A stretch of DNA of 64,000 nt from an uncultured Acidobacteriota bacterium (GCA_963745805.1 CAVUYT010000018.1:114294-178293), one strand, 5' to 3'; shown: positions 47,166 to 57,306, counted from the first letter of the stretch. Translations and numbers: made by a program. The notes: a model not told the origin generated them from the sequence alone.

Positions 47166-47891
47166 ATGGCGAAGCTTAGCCTGATGTTTGATGCGAAGAC
47201 GGTCAAGGAGGTGCCGGTAGGCAGCCGGCCCGTGAGCATCGGCCGCTCCCCGGATAATGACTTGCCAGTCGACAATCTGGCGGTCTCGAATTATCACGCC
47301 CGCGTCTATTTTGAAGGCGGGCGGCTCGTCGTGGAAGACCTCGACAGCCTCAATGGCACCTTTGTGAACGACCTTCGCGTGGAGCGCGCCACGCTGCACG
47401 ATGGAGACTCCATCTGGATCGGCAAACACCACATCAAAGTCGACGCTTCCGGTGACGCTCCCGTACCGTGGGATACCGGGCGCAAAGCCAGTGCTCCACG
47501 CATCAACGAAACCATGGTTCTGGACACCAAGGCGCGGCGCGACATGCTGCAACAAGCCGCGGCCTCGGGCGAACGTGTGCAATTTGCGTCCGGACGCCTC
47601 AAGGTTCCCACGCTGGTTGTGCTTGGCGGGCGAACGGATCAAAAAGAGTACATGATCACAAATAAGCTGACCGTCATCGGCAAGTCTGCGATGGCCACCG
47701 TGAAGCTCAAAGGCTGGTTCAAGCCAGCCATGGCCGCGCAGATCAACCAGCGAGATGACGGCTACTACATCGGCCCGGGTGACAAGATGCCGTTGGTGAA
47801 CGGCAAGCCGATTACCGGACCTATACGCCTGAATGACGGTGATGTCATCGAGGTGGGCGGAGCTCGAATGAACTTCGTCTACCGCGAATAG
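47166..47891 (+). CDS. double FHA-domain protein
   Basis: ATG 47166 follows GGAGGA, 2 nt after the phosphatase stop. FHA1: VSIGRSPDNDLPVDNLAVSNYHARV...LNGTFVN (G-R, S-x-x-H and N-G all present). The second, degenerate FHA-like module is LTVIGKS...PLVNGKPI...GDVIEVGGARMNF. Confidence 0.85.
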   Translation: MAKLSLMFDAKTVKEVPVGSRPVSIGRSPDNDLPVDNLAVSNYHARVYFEGGRLVVEDLDSLNGTFVNDLRVERATLHDGDSIWIGKHHIKVDASGDAPVPWDTGRKASAPRINETMVLDTKARRDMLQQAAASGERVQFASGRLKVPTLVVLGGRTDQKEYMITNKLTVIGKSAMATVKLKGWFKPAMAAQINQRDDGYYIGPGDKMPLVNGKPITGPIRLNDGDVIEVGGARMNFVYRE

Positions 47892-47904
47892 CGCGCGAAC
47901 CGCA

Positions 47905-50328
47905 ATGGGAGCTCCGTCAGGCGGATGGTGGCAACGGCGGGGCTTGTTCGGCCTCTACGAACTTCTCCAGTCATGGTGGCGGCATCGCGTTTCGTTCATC
48001 ATCAGCTTGGTCACGACGCTAGTCGCCCTAAGCATTTATTACGTCACCTTCCTCGGTGAAAGACCCACGCCAATTTTTGTCTTCCTGCAGCGTCTGGAAT
48101 ACAACTCTCTCGACACTCGGTTTCGATATCGCCTTGCGAAAGGCATAGAGGCTGATTCACCCATCGTGATCGTGGATATCGACCAGCACTCGCAGGAAGT
48201 GCTTGGGAAATGGCCTTTTTCGAGGACGCACTTTGCCAAAATGCTGGACATCTTGCGAGAAGACGGCGCAAAAGTTGCGGCCTTCGACATCACCTTCGAT
48301 AAGCCGGACCAGACCGTGGAGTTGATGCGGAAAATCTGGAAGGATCTGGAGGCAAGGAAAAAAAACGGAGAGCCGGTAGACCCCAAATATGAGACCTGGT
48401 TGCAACAGCTCGTCGCGGAAAACGATGCCGATCGACAATTTGCCAGTTCGATCGATCGTTTTGGACCGGTCGTCCTCGGGAGCTTCTTTCTAAAGAAAGA
48501 AGAATCGAAAGGTATCGATGATGCGACGCTAGACCAGTATGCGGATTTGATCGATTGGTATTCGATCGCCCGCACCGCCATGAATCCTGCGACCGGGAAA
48601 CGGGACTTTTTGGAAGTGGTGCGGAAATACGATCAAGAGGGGAATTTATTTACAGCAACGGTTGCGAACATCCCTTCGCTTGCAAATCCAGGCAATCCAG
48701 AAAAAACATCCGTGGGCTTCTTCAACATTTCCGCCGACCAAGACGGAGTTTTGCGGCGGACGATGTTGGTCCTCCCGTTTGGGAGGTCGAAAGATATCAA
48801 TGATTGGCAGATGTTTGGCTCGCTGGAAGTTCAGGCGGTCCGACTTTATCTCGGATTGCCAACCACCCAGTTGTCAGTGAACTTCAACCAAATCGGAGTC
48901 GTTAGCGTCAACTTTGGCGACAAGCTGAAAATCGAGCCGGATTATACGGGCCACCTGCAAATTAACTATCGCGGCCCGCGAGGAAGCTATCGGTATATCT
49001 CCATAGCCGATGTGGTGACTAGAAAATTCGAGCCAGGATCATTCAAGGGAAAGATTGTATTGATCGGAGCGTCGGCAACCGGTATCGGCGACCAACGGTC
49101 AACACCGTACGGCGGAATCGACTATCCCGGCGTGGAAGTTCACGCCAACGTGATCGATAACATGCTCAATCACGGATTTCTTGTACGCGGCGCCAAACAA
49201 GCCTTGTGGGACTTCGTGGCGATTTTGTTCCTGGGCATTCCGCTGGGCATTTGGATGGCCCTGGTGCAGCCGCGCTGGATGTGGTTCGGCGCGGGCTTGC
49301 TGATCCCGCTCGTGGCCGTCGATTATGCCGCTTTTCTGCGCGGTTGGTGGCTGAACTTCACTATCCCCGCGATGACCTTGACCGGCAACGTGTTACTCGT
49401 ATCGCTGTACCGCGCTCTCATCGAGGAAAAAGAAAAGCGCAAAATCCGCACCGAGTTCGGCCATTTCCTCAGCCCGGAAGTCATTCGCCGCCTCCTCGTC
49501 GATCCGCGCTTGGTTGACCCCAAGAAAACCGACATCACTGTGATGTTCAGCGACATTCGCGGTTTCACGACGTTTTCCGAGAAGATGGACGCGCAGGAGC
49601 TGGCGCTATTTCTTAACCAATATCTTTCGGACATGACAAGCATCGTCTTCAACCATTCCGGAACACTCGACAAATATATCGGCGACGCGGTGATGGCGTT
49701 TTGGGGTGCGCCATTCGAAGAGCCGGGGCATGGGGCGAGGGCTTGCAATGCAGCGCTTGAAATGATGAAACGCGTTCGCGAAATGCGTAAGCAGTGGGAG
49801 GCGCAGGGCAAGCCGAGCCTCGAGATTGGAATCGGACTCAATACGGGCGTGGCCAGCGTGGGCAAGATGGGTTCAGAGCTGCGATCTGGCTATACCGCGC
49901 TGGGCGACGTTGTCAATTTGTCTTCGCGGCTCGAGGGCCTGAACAAAGACTACGGTACCCATATCATCGTCAATGAAACGACGTATCAAGCCGCCAAGGA
50001 CCACGGCTTTGTTTTTCGTGAGTTGGATCTGATGCGCGTCAAAGGGAAATTGCAACCGGTCACTATTTATCAGCTTCTAGGGCGGCAAGCGGATTTCCTT
50101 GCGGACGGCTCGGCGGAAACAATGCGTTTGCAAGTGGAATTGTTTGCCCGCGCCCGCGAACTCTATCGCCATCGCCAGTGGGAGGCCGCGCAGCGCGCTT
50201 TCCAGGATTTTCTCGATAGGTGGCCCAACGACGGCCCTTCACGTGTTTACTGGAAGCGCTGTCAAGACTATCTCTTTGATGAGCCTCCAGTCGGCTGGGA
50301 CGGCGTGTTCATTATGACCCACAAATAG
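47905..50328 (+). CDS. CHASE2-sensor class III adenylate/guanylate cyclase
   Basis: N-terminal TM plus LEYNSLDTRFRYR (CHASE2 start), a periplasmic region of about 350 aa and three further TMs. Cyclase core ITVMFSDIRGFTTFSE..LDKYIGDAVMAFWGAP..GIGLNTGVASVG..YTALGDVVNLSSRLEG. TPR-like tail. Confidence 0.9.
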   Translation: MGAPSGGWWQRRGLFGLYELLQSWWRHRVSFIISLVTTLVALSIYYVTFLGERPTPIFVFLQRLEYNSLDTRFRYRLAKGIEADSPIVIVDIDQHSQEVLGKWPFSRTHFAKMLDILREDGAKVAAFDITFDKPDQTVELMRKIWKDLEARKKNGEPVDPKYETWLQQLVAENDADRQFASSIDRFGPVVLGSFFLKKEESKGIDDATLDQYADLIDWYSIARTAMNPATGKRDFLEVVRKYDQEGNLFTATVANIPSLANPGNPEKTSVGFFNISADQDGVLRRTMLVLPFGRSKDINDWQMFGSLEVQAVRLYLGLPTTQLSVNFNQIGVVSVNFGDKLKIEPDYTGHLQINYRGPRGSYRYISIADVVTRKFEPGSFKGKIVLIGASATGIGDQRSTPYGGIDYPGVEVHANVIDNMLNHGFLVRGAKQALWDFVAILFLGIPLGIWMALVQPRWMWFGAGLLIPLVAVDYAAFLRGWWLNFTIPAMTLTGNVLLVSLYRALIEEKEKRKIRTEFGHFLSPEVIRRLLVDPRLVDPKKTDITVMFSDIRGFTTFSEKMDAQELALFLNQYLSDMTSIVFNHSGTLDKYIGDAVMAFWGAPFEEPGHGARACNAALEMMKRVREMRKQWEAQGKPSLEIGIGLNTGVASVGKMGSELRSGYTALGDVVNLSSRLEGLNKDYGTHIIVNETTYQAAKDHGFVFRELDLMRVKGKLQPVTIYQLLGRQADFLADGSAETMRLQVELFARARELYRHRQWEAAQRAFQDFLDRWPNDGPSRVYWKRCQDYLFDEPPVGWDGVFIMTHK

Positions 50329-50877
50329 AAACTTGGTCCCCGCGCGATACCGCCATACCGCCTCAGTAGATTTGTCTACGGGTCATAGCTCCATCGGATT
50401 GTTGGACGAATCGGAAGTACAGCAATCCGCTGCCCGCGTCTGCCGGCGGGTCATGAAGCAGAGCCACCCTGAAAGACGCATGAATCCATCGCATCAATTT
50501 ATTTCATGTGCTCAGAGAGCTTCCGCCCACTTTCTCGGGAGATTCGAATGTCACTTGTGCCAAATCGGTGGCATCAAAAAGGGGTAAGATGAAAGCTGGG
50601 CGGCCTCGCCTATCGGCTAACACTTTGAGACATAAAGGTTTGGTCGCATTCCGGTTTCGGCTTGGCGATGCAAACCCCGGCCGGGCGGCTTCCCAGGGCA
50701 CTCTTTTTTCAGAACGATTTGCTGAGAGCCTGTTTGGGCCGGCGATATATCGTGCCGGAAACGAGGGCGTACCCAAACAATTGAGTTCAGGAATCTAAGA
50801 ATAGAGTTGAGTGAGGAAAGAGCCGCGTCAAAGTACACAGGCGGGGGATTGTCCTTTAGAGGAAGACTCGACATTTT

Positions 50878-53800
50878 ATGTGGATTGTCAGATTAGCGCT
50901 TTCGAGACCTTACACTTTTGTTGTCCTCGCTCTCGTCATCATCCTGCTGACGCCCGTAGTGCTGCTGCGCACACCGACGGACATTTTCCCGGAGATCAAC
51001 ATCCCGGTGATCAGCCTGATATGGAACTATACAGGGCTTGAACCCCAGGAAATGGAGCAGCGCATCACCAGCAACTCCGAGCGCGCTGTCACCACGCTCG
51101 TAAACGACGTCGAGCACATCGAATCACAGTCGCTCAACGGCATTGGTGTTGTCAAAATCTACTTTCAGCCAACCGCGAATGTGCAAGTCGCGTTAGCTCA
51201 GACCACTGCCATTGTCCAAACTATTTTGAGACAGCTTCCGCCTGGCACCACGCCTCCCCTCGTGGCTATCTTTTCCGCTTCGACCGTTCCCGTCATTCAA
51301 ATTGGATTGACCAGTGACAGCTTGAGCGAGCAACAGCTCTTCGACTTCGGAAACAATTTCATTCGCACACAGCTTGCCACGGTGCAGGGCGCGGCGCTTC
51401 CCTTTCCCTATGGGGGTAAACAGCGCAATATCTCGGTGGACATCGATTCCGCCGCCTTGCAGTCCAAGGGTCTCTCCGCCGTAGACATCGTAAACGCCAT
51501 TAACGCCCAGAACCTGATCCTGCCGACGGGAACCGTGAAACTGGGGTCGCTCGAATATCTCGTCGAGATGAACGGGAGCCCCCTGAACGTAGAAGGACTG
51601 AACGATCTGCCGATCAAGACCGTCAAGGGCGCGACGATTTACATGAAAGACGTTGCTCATATCCGCGATGGATTCAGCCCCCAAACCAATATCGTCCGAA
51701 TGAATGGGCAGCGTGGCGTCCTTATGAGCACGTATAAGACCGGCGGCGCCTCGACCCTCGACATCGTCGATCGCGTGAAGGAAGTATTGCGGAACTATGC
51801 GCCTTCATTGCCGGAAAGTCTCCACGTCACGACCTTCTTCGACCAATCGCTCTTCGTCCGCGCGTCGATCCAAGGGGTCCTGCGCGAGGCGCTGATCGCC
51901 GCGTGTCTCACCGCGGTGATGATTTTGATCTTCCTCGGAAACTGGAAGAGCACGCTGATCATCGCAATTTCCATTCCACTTTCGATTCTCGTAAGCATCC
52001 TTATCCTCAGTGCGCTCGGGGAAACCATCAACATCATGACCCTGGGCGGTCTGGCGCTGGCCGTCGGCATCCTGGTGGACGACGCCACCGTGGAAATCGA
52101 AAACATTAATCGCAACTTGGCCATGGGTAAGGAGACAGTCCAGGCGATTCTTGATGGCGCTCAGCAAATTGCCGTTCCTGCATTCGTTTCCACACTGTGC
52201 ATTTGCATCGTCTTCATTCCCATGTTTTTCCTTTCGGGCGTGGCGAAATACCTATTCGTGCCGTTGGCCGAAGCGGTCATCTTCGCTATGCTGGCTTCCT
52301 ATTTCTGGTCCAGAACCATCGTCCCCACAATGGCCATGTATCTTCTGAGCAGCGAGGACGAATACAATCCTGAAGAGCATATTGGCGAAAAACAGGGCTT
52401 CTTCCGCCGCTACCAGCAGGGATTCGAGCACAGTTTTGAAAAATTTCGCGCTGGCTACCGTCGCGGGCTGGACTCAGCCCTGGACTGGCCCAAATTGTTT
52501 GGCATTTGCTTTCTGGGATTCTGCGTGCTTTCTGTTGGTCTCGTGGGACTTCTCGGCAGGGATTTCTTCCCCAAAGTCGACGCCGGGCAGATTCGTTTGC
52601 ACTTCCGCGCACGGACGGGCCTCCGAATCGAGGAAACGGCTCGCCTCGCCGATCAGGTTGACGCTGCTATTCGCGAAACAATTCCTCCTAAAGAGCTGCA
52701 AACCATTCTCGACAACATCGGCGTCCCTTACAGCGGCATCAATCTTAGCTACAGCAACTCCGGGACTTTTGGCACTTCCGACGCTGAAATCATGGTTCAA
52801 TTGAAAGAAGAACGCGGGAAACCTACCAGCGCCTACATCAATGACCTCCGCGAAAAACTTCCACAAAGATTTCCCGGCGTGCAGTTCTTCTTCCAGCCCG
52901 CGGACATCGTGACGCAAATCTTGAATTTCGGAACGCCGGCTCCCATCGACGTCGCGGTGACGGGAGCGAACCAGCGCGGTAACTATGTGGTGGCGGAAAA
53001 GCTCGCGAACGAAATCCGGCATATCCCTGGAGCTGTCGACGTCCACGTGCAGCAGGCCCTCGATGAGCCGACCCTCCACATGGATGTGGATCGCACGCGC
53101 GCGCAATCCGTCGGCTTGCAGGCCAAGGACGTCGCGCAAAACGTTCTGGTTTCTCTCAGTTCCAGCTTTCAGACATCGCCGGCATTCTGGCTGGATCCCA
53201 AAAACGGGGTCAGCTACAACGTGGCCGTGCAGGCGCCCCAGTACCGCGTGGACAGCTACCAAGCGCTCCAAAACACGCCGGTGACTGGCGTTTCGCCCGG
53301 CACTCCGCCTCAAATCATTGGAAATTTAGTGGACATCACCACCACGGCGAGACAAGCGGAGATTTCTCACTACAACATCCAGCCCATGATTAATGTCTAC
53401 GCCGCCGTGGATGGCCGCGACCTCGGTGGTGTCTCGGATGAAATCCTGAAGCGGGTGGCCGCCGTGAAGAACGAGTTGCCGCGAGGCAGCCACATCGAGG
53501 TCCGCGGCCAGGTGCAGACGATGCGGACCTCTTTCAGGGGCCTGGCCATCGGGTTGGTTGGTGCAATTATTCTGGCGTACTTATTGATCGTCGTGAACTT
53601 CCAATCGTGGCTCGATCCTTTCATCATTATTACCGCGTTGCCGGGCGCCCTCGCCGGCATTTGCTGGATTTTGCTGCTGACGCACACCACGCTCAGTGTG
53701 CCTTCCCTCACTGGCGCGATCATGTGCATGGGTGTGGCCACCGCCAACAGCATTCTGATGGTCTCATTTGCGCGCGAGCAAATGAGCGAAGGAAAGTCCG

Positions 53801-54069
53801 CCCGCGAAGCCGCGTTGCAAGCGGGCTTTGTGCGCATCCGCCCCGTGCTTATGACCGCGCTCGCCATGATTATCGGCATGGTGCCGATGGCCATCGGTCT
53901 CGGAGAAGGCGGCGAACAGAACGCTCCGCTGGGCCGCGCGGTGATTGGCGGACTTATTTTCGCTACCTTCGCGACGCTATTTTTTGTTCCTTGCGTCTTC
54001 TCGATGATTCATGGCCGGCGTGAGCGGAGAAAGCAGCGTGGCCAATCGCCGGCTCCTGCTGTAGCCTAA
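50878..54069 (+). CDS. RND efflux transporter permease subunit (AcrB/HAE-like)
   Basis: 1063 aa. MWIVRLALSRPYTFVVLALVIILL..TPTDIFPEINIPVISL, GILVDDATVEIENINRN, and a 12-TM/two-large-loop architecture readable from hydrophobic blocks. Confidence 0.9.
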   Translation: MWIVRLALSRPYTFVVLALVIILLTPVVLLRTPTDIFPEINIPVISLIWNYTGLEPQEMEQRITSNSERAVTTLVNDVEHIESQSLNGIGVVKIYFQPTANVQVALAQTTAIVQTILRQLPPGTTPPLVAIFSASTVPVIQIGLTSDSLSEQQLFDFGNNFIRTQLATVQGAALPFPYGGKQRNISVDIDSAALQSKGLSAVDIVNAINAQNLILPTGTVKLGSLEYLVEMNGSPLNVEGLNDLPIKTVKGATIYMKDVAHIRDGFSPQTNIVRMNGQRGVLMSTYKTGGASTLDIVDRVKEVLRNYAPSLPESLHVTTFFDQSLFVRASIQGVLREALIAACLTAVMILIFLGNWKSTLIIAISIPLSILVSILILSALGETINIMTLGGLALAVGILVDDATVEIENINRNLAMGKETVQAILDGAQQIAVPAFVSTLCICIVFIPMFFLSGVAKYLFVPLAEAVIFAMLASYFWSRTIVPTMAMYLLSSEDEYNPEEHIGEKQGFFRRYQQGFEHSFEKFRAGYRRGLDSALDWPKLFGICFLGFCVLSVGLVGLLGRDFFPKVDAGQIRLHFRARTGLRIEETARLADQVDAAIRETIPPKELQTILDNIGVPYSGINLSYSNSGTFGTSDAEIMVQLKEERGKPTSAYINDLREKLPQRFPGVQFFFQPADIVTQILNFGTPAPIDVAVTGANQRGNYVVAEKLANEIRHIPGAVDVHVQQALDEPTLHMDVDRTRAQSVGLQAKDVAQNVLVSLSSSFQTSPAFWLDPKNGVSYNVAVQAPQYRVDSYQALQNTPVTGVSPGTPPQIIGNLVDITTTARQAEISHYNIQPMINVYAAVDGRDLGGVSDEILKRVAAVKNELPRGSHIEVRGQVQTMRTSFRGLAIGLVGAIILAYLLIVVNFQSWLDPFIIITALPGALAGICWILLLTHTTLSVPSLTGAIMCMGVATANSILMVSFAREQMSEGKSAREAALQAGFVRIRPVLMTALAMIIGMVPMAIGLGEGGEQNAPLGRAVIGGLIFATFATLFFVPCVFSMIHGRRERRKQRGQSPAPAVA

Positions 54070-54105
54070 GGGAAAGAATCTGTTGAAAGGTCGGAGTACC
54101 AGATA

Positions 54106-55386
54106 ATGAAAGAAAGCGGATCACAAATGGAACCCGGACGGGGAGGGCAACAGCCCGCGAAGAGCAACCGGCTCTTCACTTTTCTTATTGGCGCCGCGAT
54201 TGTCCTCGTGGTCTTGGGCGCTTTTACCCTGTTCCAGCGCCGCGCGCAATACCATGCTTTGGCAGAGACTACGGAGGCGCTTGCCATTCCCACCGTTGCA
54301 GTCATCCATCCCACGGCGGAAGTAGCCCAGGAAGACCTCGTGCTGCCTGGCACGCTCCAGGCTTATGTGGAATCTCCCATCTATGCGCGCACCAATGGAT
54401 ACCTGAAGAAGTGGTACCACGATATTGGAAGCCGCGTGCCAAAAGGCGAGCTCTTGGCGGATATTGACACGCCCGAAGTCGATCAACAGCTTTCACAAGC
54501 TCGAGCCGACCTCAATACCGCACAAGCGAATGCAAATCTTTCCAGGATTACGTCGAACCGCTTTCAGGACTTGATCAAGACGGATGGAGTTTCCAAACAG
54601 GAAGTCGATAACGCCGTCGGCGATTATGAAGCAAAGGCGGCTACCGTGAAATCCTCGGAAGCCAATGTGCGGCGCCTCGAGGAACTGGAATCCTTCAAAC
54701 ACGTTTACGCGCCATTCAGCGGCGTCCTCACCAAACGCAACATAGACACTGGAACGCTCATCAACGCCGGAAATGGCGGCGCCCAGCAGGAGCTTTTCAC
54801 CCTTGCACAGACCGATCCGATCCGCGTTTACGTCAGCGTGCCGGAGATGTACTCGCCATCTGTCCGCAGCGGACTCGGCGCCTTTCTCGAGCTGGCGCAA
54901 TATCCCGGGCAGAACTTTCAGGGGAAGGTAGTGCGAACCGCGGAAGCCATCGATCCCAACACAAGAACGCTCTTGACGGAAGTGGATGTGCCGAACAAGA
55001 CTTCCCAGCTCTTCCCTGGCGGCTACGCCCAGGTGCACTTGCAGGTAAAGGTTGCGGCTTCCCGAGTGCAAGTGCCAGTGAACGCGCTGCTCTTCCGCGC
55101 GGAGGGTTTGCGTGCCGCGGTTGTGGACGCGAATCACAAGATTCATCTCCGCCAATTAACGATCGGGCGTGATTTCGGAACGACGCTCGAAGTTTTGCAA
55201 GGCCTGGAGCCCGCCGACTGGATCGTCCTGAATCCCGCAGACTCGCTCGACGAAGGGCAAGACGTGCGGGTCAAGGAAGCCGCGCAGGCCGCCGGACCCG
55301 CGCAATCAGACGCAAGCGGAGCCCCGGCCTCGGCGCCACGGCCCAAAGCACCAACTCCGAACGGAGCGCCCGGAGCGAAGCGGTAA
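54106..55386 (+). CDS. RND efflux periplasmic adaptor (membrane fusion protein)
   Basis: Single N-terminal TM, lipoyl-like PIYARTNGYLKKWYHDIGSRVPKGELLADID, coiled-coil hairpin (QQLSQARADLNTAQANANL.. / ..KAATVKSSEANVRRLEEL), VYAPFSGVLTKRNIDTG. ATG 54127 is an alternative start. Confidence 0.88.
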   Translation: MKESGSQMEPGRGGQQPAKSNRLFTFLIGAAIVLVVLGAFTLFQRRAQYHALAETTEALAIPTVAVIHPTAEVAQEDLVLPGTLQAYVESPIYARTNGYLKKWYHDIGSRVPKGELLADIDTPEVDQQLSQARADLNTAQANANLSRITSNRFQDLIKTDGVSKQEVDNAVGDYEAKAATVKSSEANVRRLEELESFKHVYAPFSGVLTKRNIDTGTLINAGNGGAQQELFTLAQTDPIRVYVSVPEMYSPSVRSGLGAFLELAQYPGQNFQGKVVRTAEAIDPNTRTLLTEVDVPNKTSQLFPGGYAQVHLQVKVAASRVQVPVNALLFRAEGLRAAVVDANHKIHLRQLTIGRDFGTTLEVLQGLEPADWIVLNPADSLDEGQDVRVKEAAQAAGPAQSDASGAPASAPRPKAPTPNGAPGAKR

Positions 55387-56867
55387 TGGACGAGCGGAAA
55401 TTCTTCCTGCCTTCGCTGGTTGCCTTCGGCCTCGTTTCACTTCTCTCCGGATGCACGGTTGGACCCAAGTACCAACGAGCGACCGCGCCGACTACGGCGA
55501 AGTGGGATGTTTCGGAACCCTGGCGGCAAAGCGCGCCAAAGGACGCCGTTCCCAAAGGCGAGTGGTGGAGCGTCTTTCAGGACGATGCGCTGGATGGTTT
55601 AGAGAAAGACGCCCTCGCAGCGAACCAGACGTTGCAAGCAGCGACTGGAAACTATAACCAGGCGCGCGCTGCAGCAGCCGTTCAGGTCGCCACAAATTTC
55701 CCCACTTTGGGTGTCGCGCCGAACGCCTATCGGCAGCGGCTTTCCGGCAACCGGCCGCCGAACGGCGCAGTGGGCCCAGTGCAACCCGTCACGCAAAACA
55801 CCTTTACGCTGCCGTTTACAGTGGGCTACGAAGTAGATTTGTTCGGTCAGCGGCGCAGGACAATTGAGGCCGCGGAAGCATCGTACCAGGCCAGCGCAGC
55901 AAACCTTGAAAATGTCCGCCTGGTCATCACCGCGGAGCTGGCGGGCGATTACTTTACCCTTCGCCAGCTCGATACCGAGCTGGGAATTCTGAACCGCACG
56001 GTGGACACGCTGCAACGCGGTTTGCAGCTTGTGGATTCACGCCACAAGGGGGGCGTTGCTTCCGGACTTGACGTCGCCCAGGAAGAAACTCTGCTTCAGA
56101 CCACACGCACGCAAGCCACGCTCTTGCTGCAGCAGCGAAAGCAGTTTGAAGATGCCATCGCCGTCCTCGTCGGCAAACCCGCGCCGGACTTCCACATTCC
56201 GTCCAAAGAACTAAACGCCGAGCCGCCGCCGATCGACCTGGGTCTTCCTTCGGATTTGTTGGAGCGCCGCCCGGACATCGCGCAGGCCGAGCGCCAAATG
56301 GCCGTCGCCAACGCGCAGATCGGAATTGCAAAAGCTGCATACTACCCTTCCTTGAATTTGTTTGGAAATGGCGGCCTGCAGTCCGCCGACATCTTGAAGC
56401 TGGCGAGTGCAGCGAGCACGTTTTGGGCTGTGGGTGCTAACGTGGCTGAAACCATTTTTTCCGGCGGGGCGCGGCGCGCCCAGGTGGAATTCGCGAAATC
56501 CGGATACGACGTCAACGTGGCGAATTACCGCCAGTCCGTGCTGACCGCCTTTCAGGAAGTCCAGGACGATGTTACCGGACTCACGGTCCTCGAACAGGCG
56601 CGCAACACACAGCAACTCGCCGTGGATGCGGCCCGCCGCACGCTTGATCTTTCCGAGGACCGCTACAAAGGCGGCCTGGTCAGCTACCTGGATGTCGTCA
56701 CCGCGCAGCAAAACTTGCTGATCAACGAGCAGGAGGCCGCCGTGATTCAAGGCCAGCGCCTGGTGACCAGCGTTCTTCTCGTTAAGGCGCTCGGTGGTGG
56801 CTGGGATGCATCGAGCCTCGCAGCCGTCCAGGTCAAGCCCAAGTTAAAGGATGTAGTCGCGCCTTGA
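55386..56867 (+). CDS. NodT-family efflux outer-membrane lipoprotein
   Basis: Lipobox LLSGC. Two TolC-type repeats, RRPDIAQAERQMAVANAQIGIAKAAYYPSLNL. The start overlaps the adaptor stop (TAATG). Confidence 0.88.
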   Translation: MDERKFFLPSLVAFGLVSLLSGCTVGPKYQRATAPTTAKWDVSEPWRQSAPKDAVPKGEWWSVFQDDALDGLEKDALAANQTLQAATGNYNQARAAAAVQVATNFPTLGVAPNAYRQRLSGNRPPNGAVGPVQPVTQNTFTLPFTVGYEVDLFGQRRRTIEAAEASYQASAANLENVRLVITAELAGDYFTLRQLDTELGILNRTVDTLQRGLQLVDSRHKGGVASGLDVAQEETLLQTTRTQATLLLQQRKQFEDAIAVLVGKPAPDFHIPSKELNAEPPPIDLGLPSDLLERRPDIAQAERQMAVANAQIGIAKAAYYPSLNLFGNGGLQSADILKLASAASTFWAVGANVAETIFSGGARRAQVEFAKSGYDVNVANYRQSVLTAFQEVQDDVTGLTVLEQARNTQQLAVDAARRTLDLSEDRYKGGLVSYLDVVTAQQNLLINEQEAAVIQGQRLVTSVLLVKALGGGWDASSLAAVQVKPKLKDVVAP

Positions 56868-56882
56868 CGTTCCCCGCCAACC

Positions 56883-57185
56883 CTAAATGCTTGCAAAAAA
56901 TACTTTCTTGATCTTCCTGATGCGCGCCTCGTCCCGCCTATAAAAAGTCCACTGTCTAATGCGTTTCGCGCGGACCAATCCCGCCTGTTGCAATATCTTC
57001 ATATGCTCGCTGGCGGTGGGTTGGCTGACGTGGAGCTTTTTCGCGATGAACACGCCGCACACGCCGTCCTTGACCAGATCGCCATAGACCTGCGGCGGGA
57101 AGTGCTTCCGTGGATTCTTCAGCCAGGCAAGAATTTGCAGCCGTCTTGTGCTGGAAAGCGCGGCAAGCGCCGTTTCGAGATTCAT
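56883..57185 (-). CDS. ArsR-family HTH transcriptional regulator
   Basis: Internal ATG 57185 of track ORF 56883..57644 gives MNLETALAALSSTRRLQILAWLKNP...IAKKLHVSQPTASEHMKILQQAGLVRAKR (100 aa). Divergent from the dehydratase gene. Confidence 0.8.
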   Translation of the reverse strand: MNLETALAALSSTRRLQILAWLKNPRKHFPPQVYGDLVKDGVCGVFIAKKLHVSQPTASEHMKILQQAGLVRAKRIRQWTFYRRDEARIRKIKKVFFASI

Positions 57186-57306
57186 ATAGACACTTAGCCA
57201 ACTCCCTAAGTATAATAGCACGGTAAATGACCACGAGAAAGCATACTTCTTTCGCGCAAGGCCGGCCCTGCCGCCCCGTCGGCCTGAGCCTCGGAATATC
57301 CCTCCC

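Noticed and set aside
50537-50556. CGGGAGATTCGAAT resembling the tRNA-Arg T-arm (CGGGAGTTCGAAT at 15852-15864) as a possible att duplicate delimiting a 35-kb island
   Set aside because: The match is only about 13 nt with an indel. There is no integrase or other mobility gene between the sites, and the interval contains housekeeping genes (cydAB). It is most likely chance.
50589-50798. 69-aa ORF (MKAGRPRLSANTLRHKG..) with an AAAGGGG RBS in the long gap before the RND operon
   Set aside because: The composition is Arg/Gly/Ala-rich and noise-like. The third-position G+C looks lower and less regular than in neighbouring genes, and no motif was recognised. It is kept only as a remote possibility.
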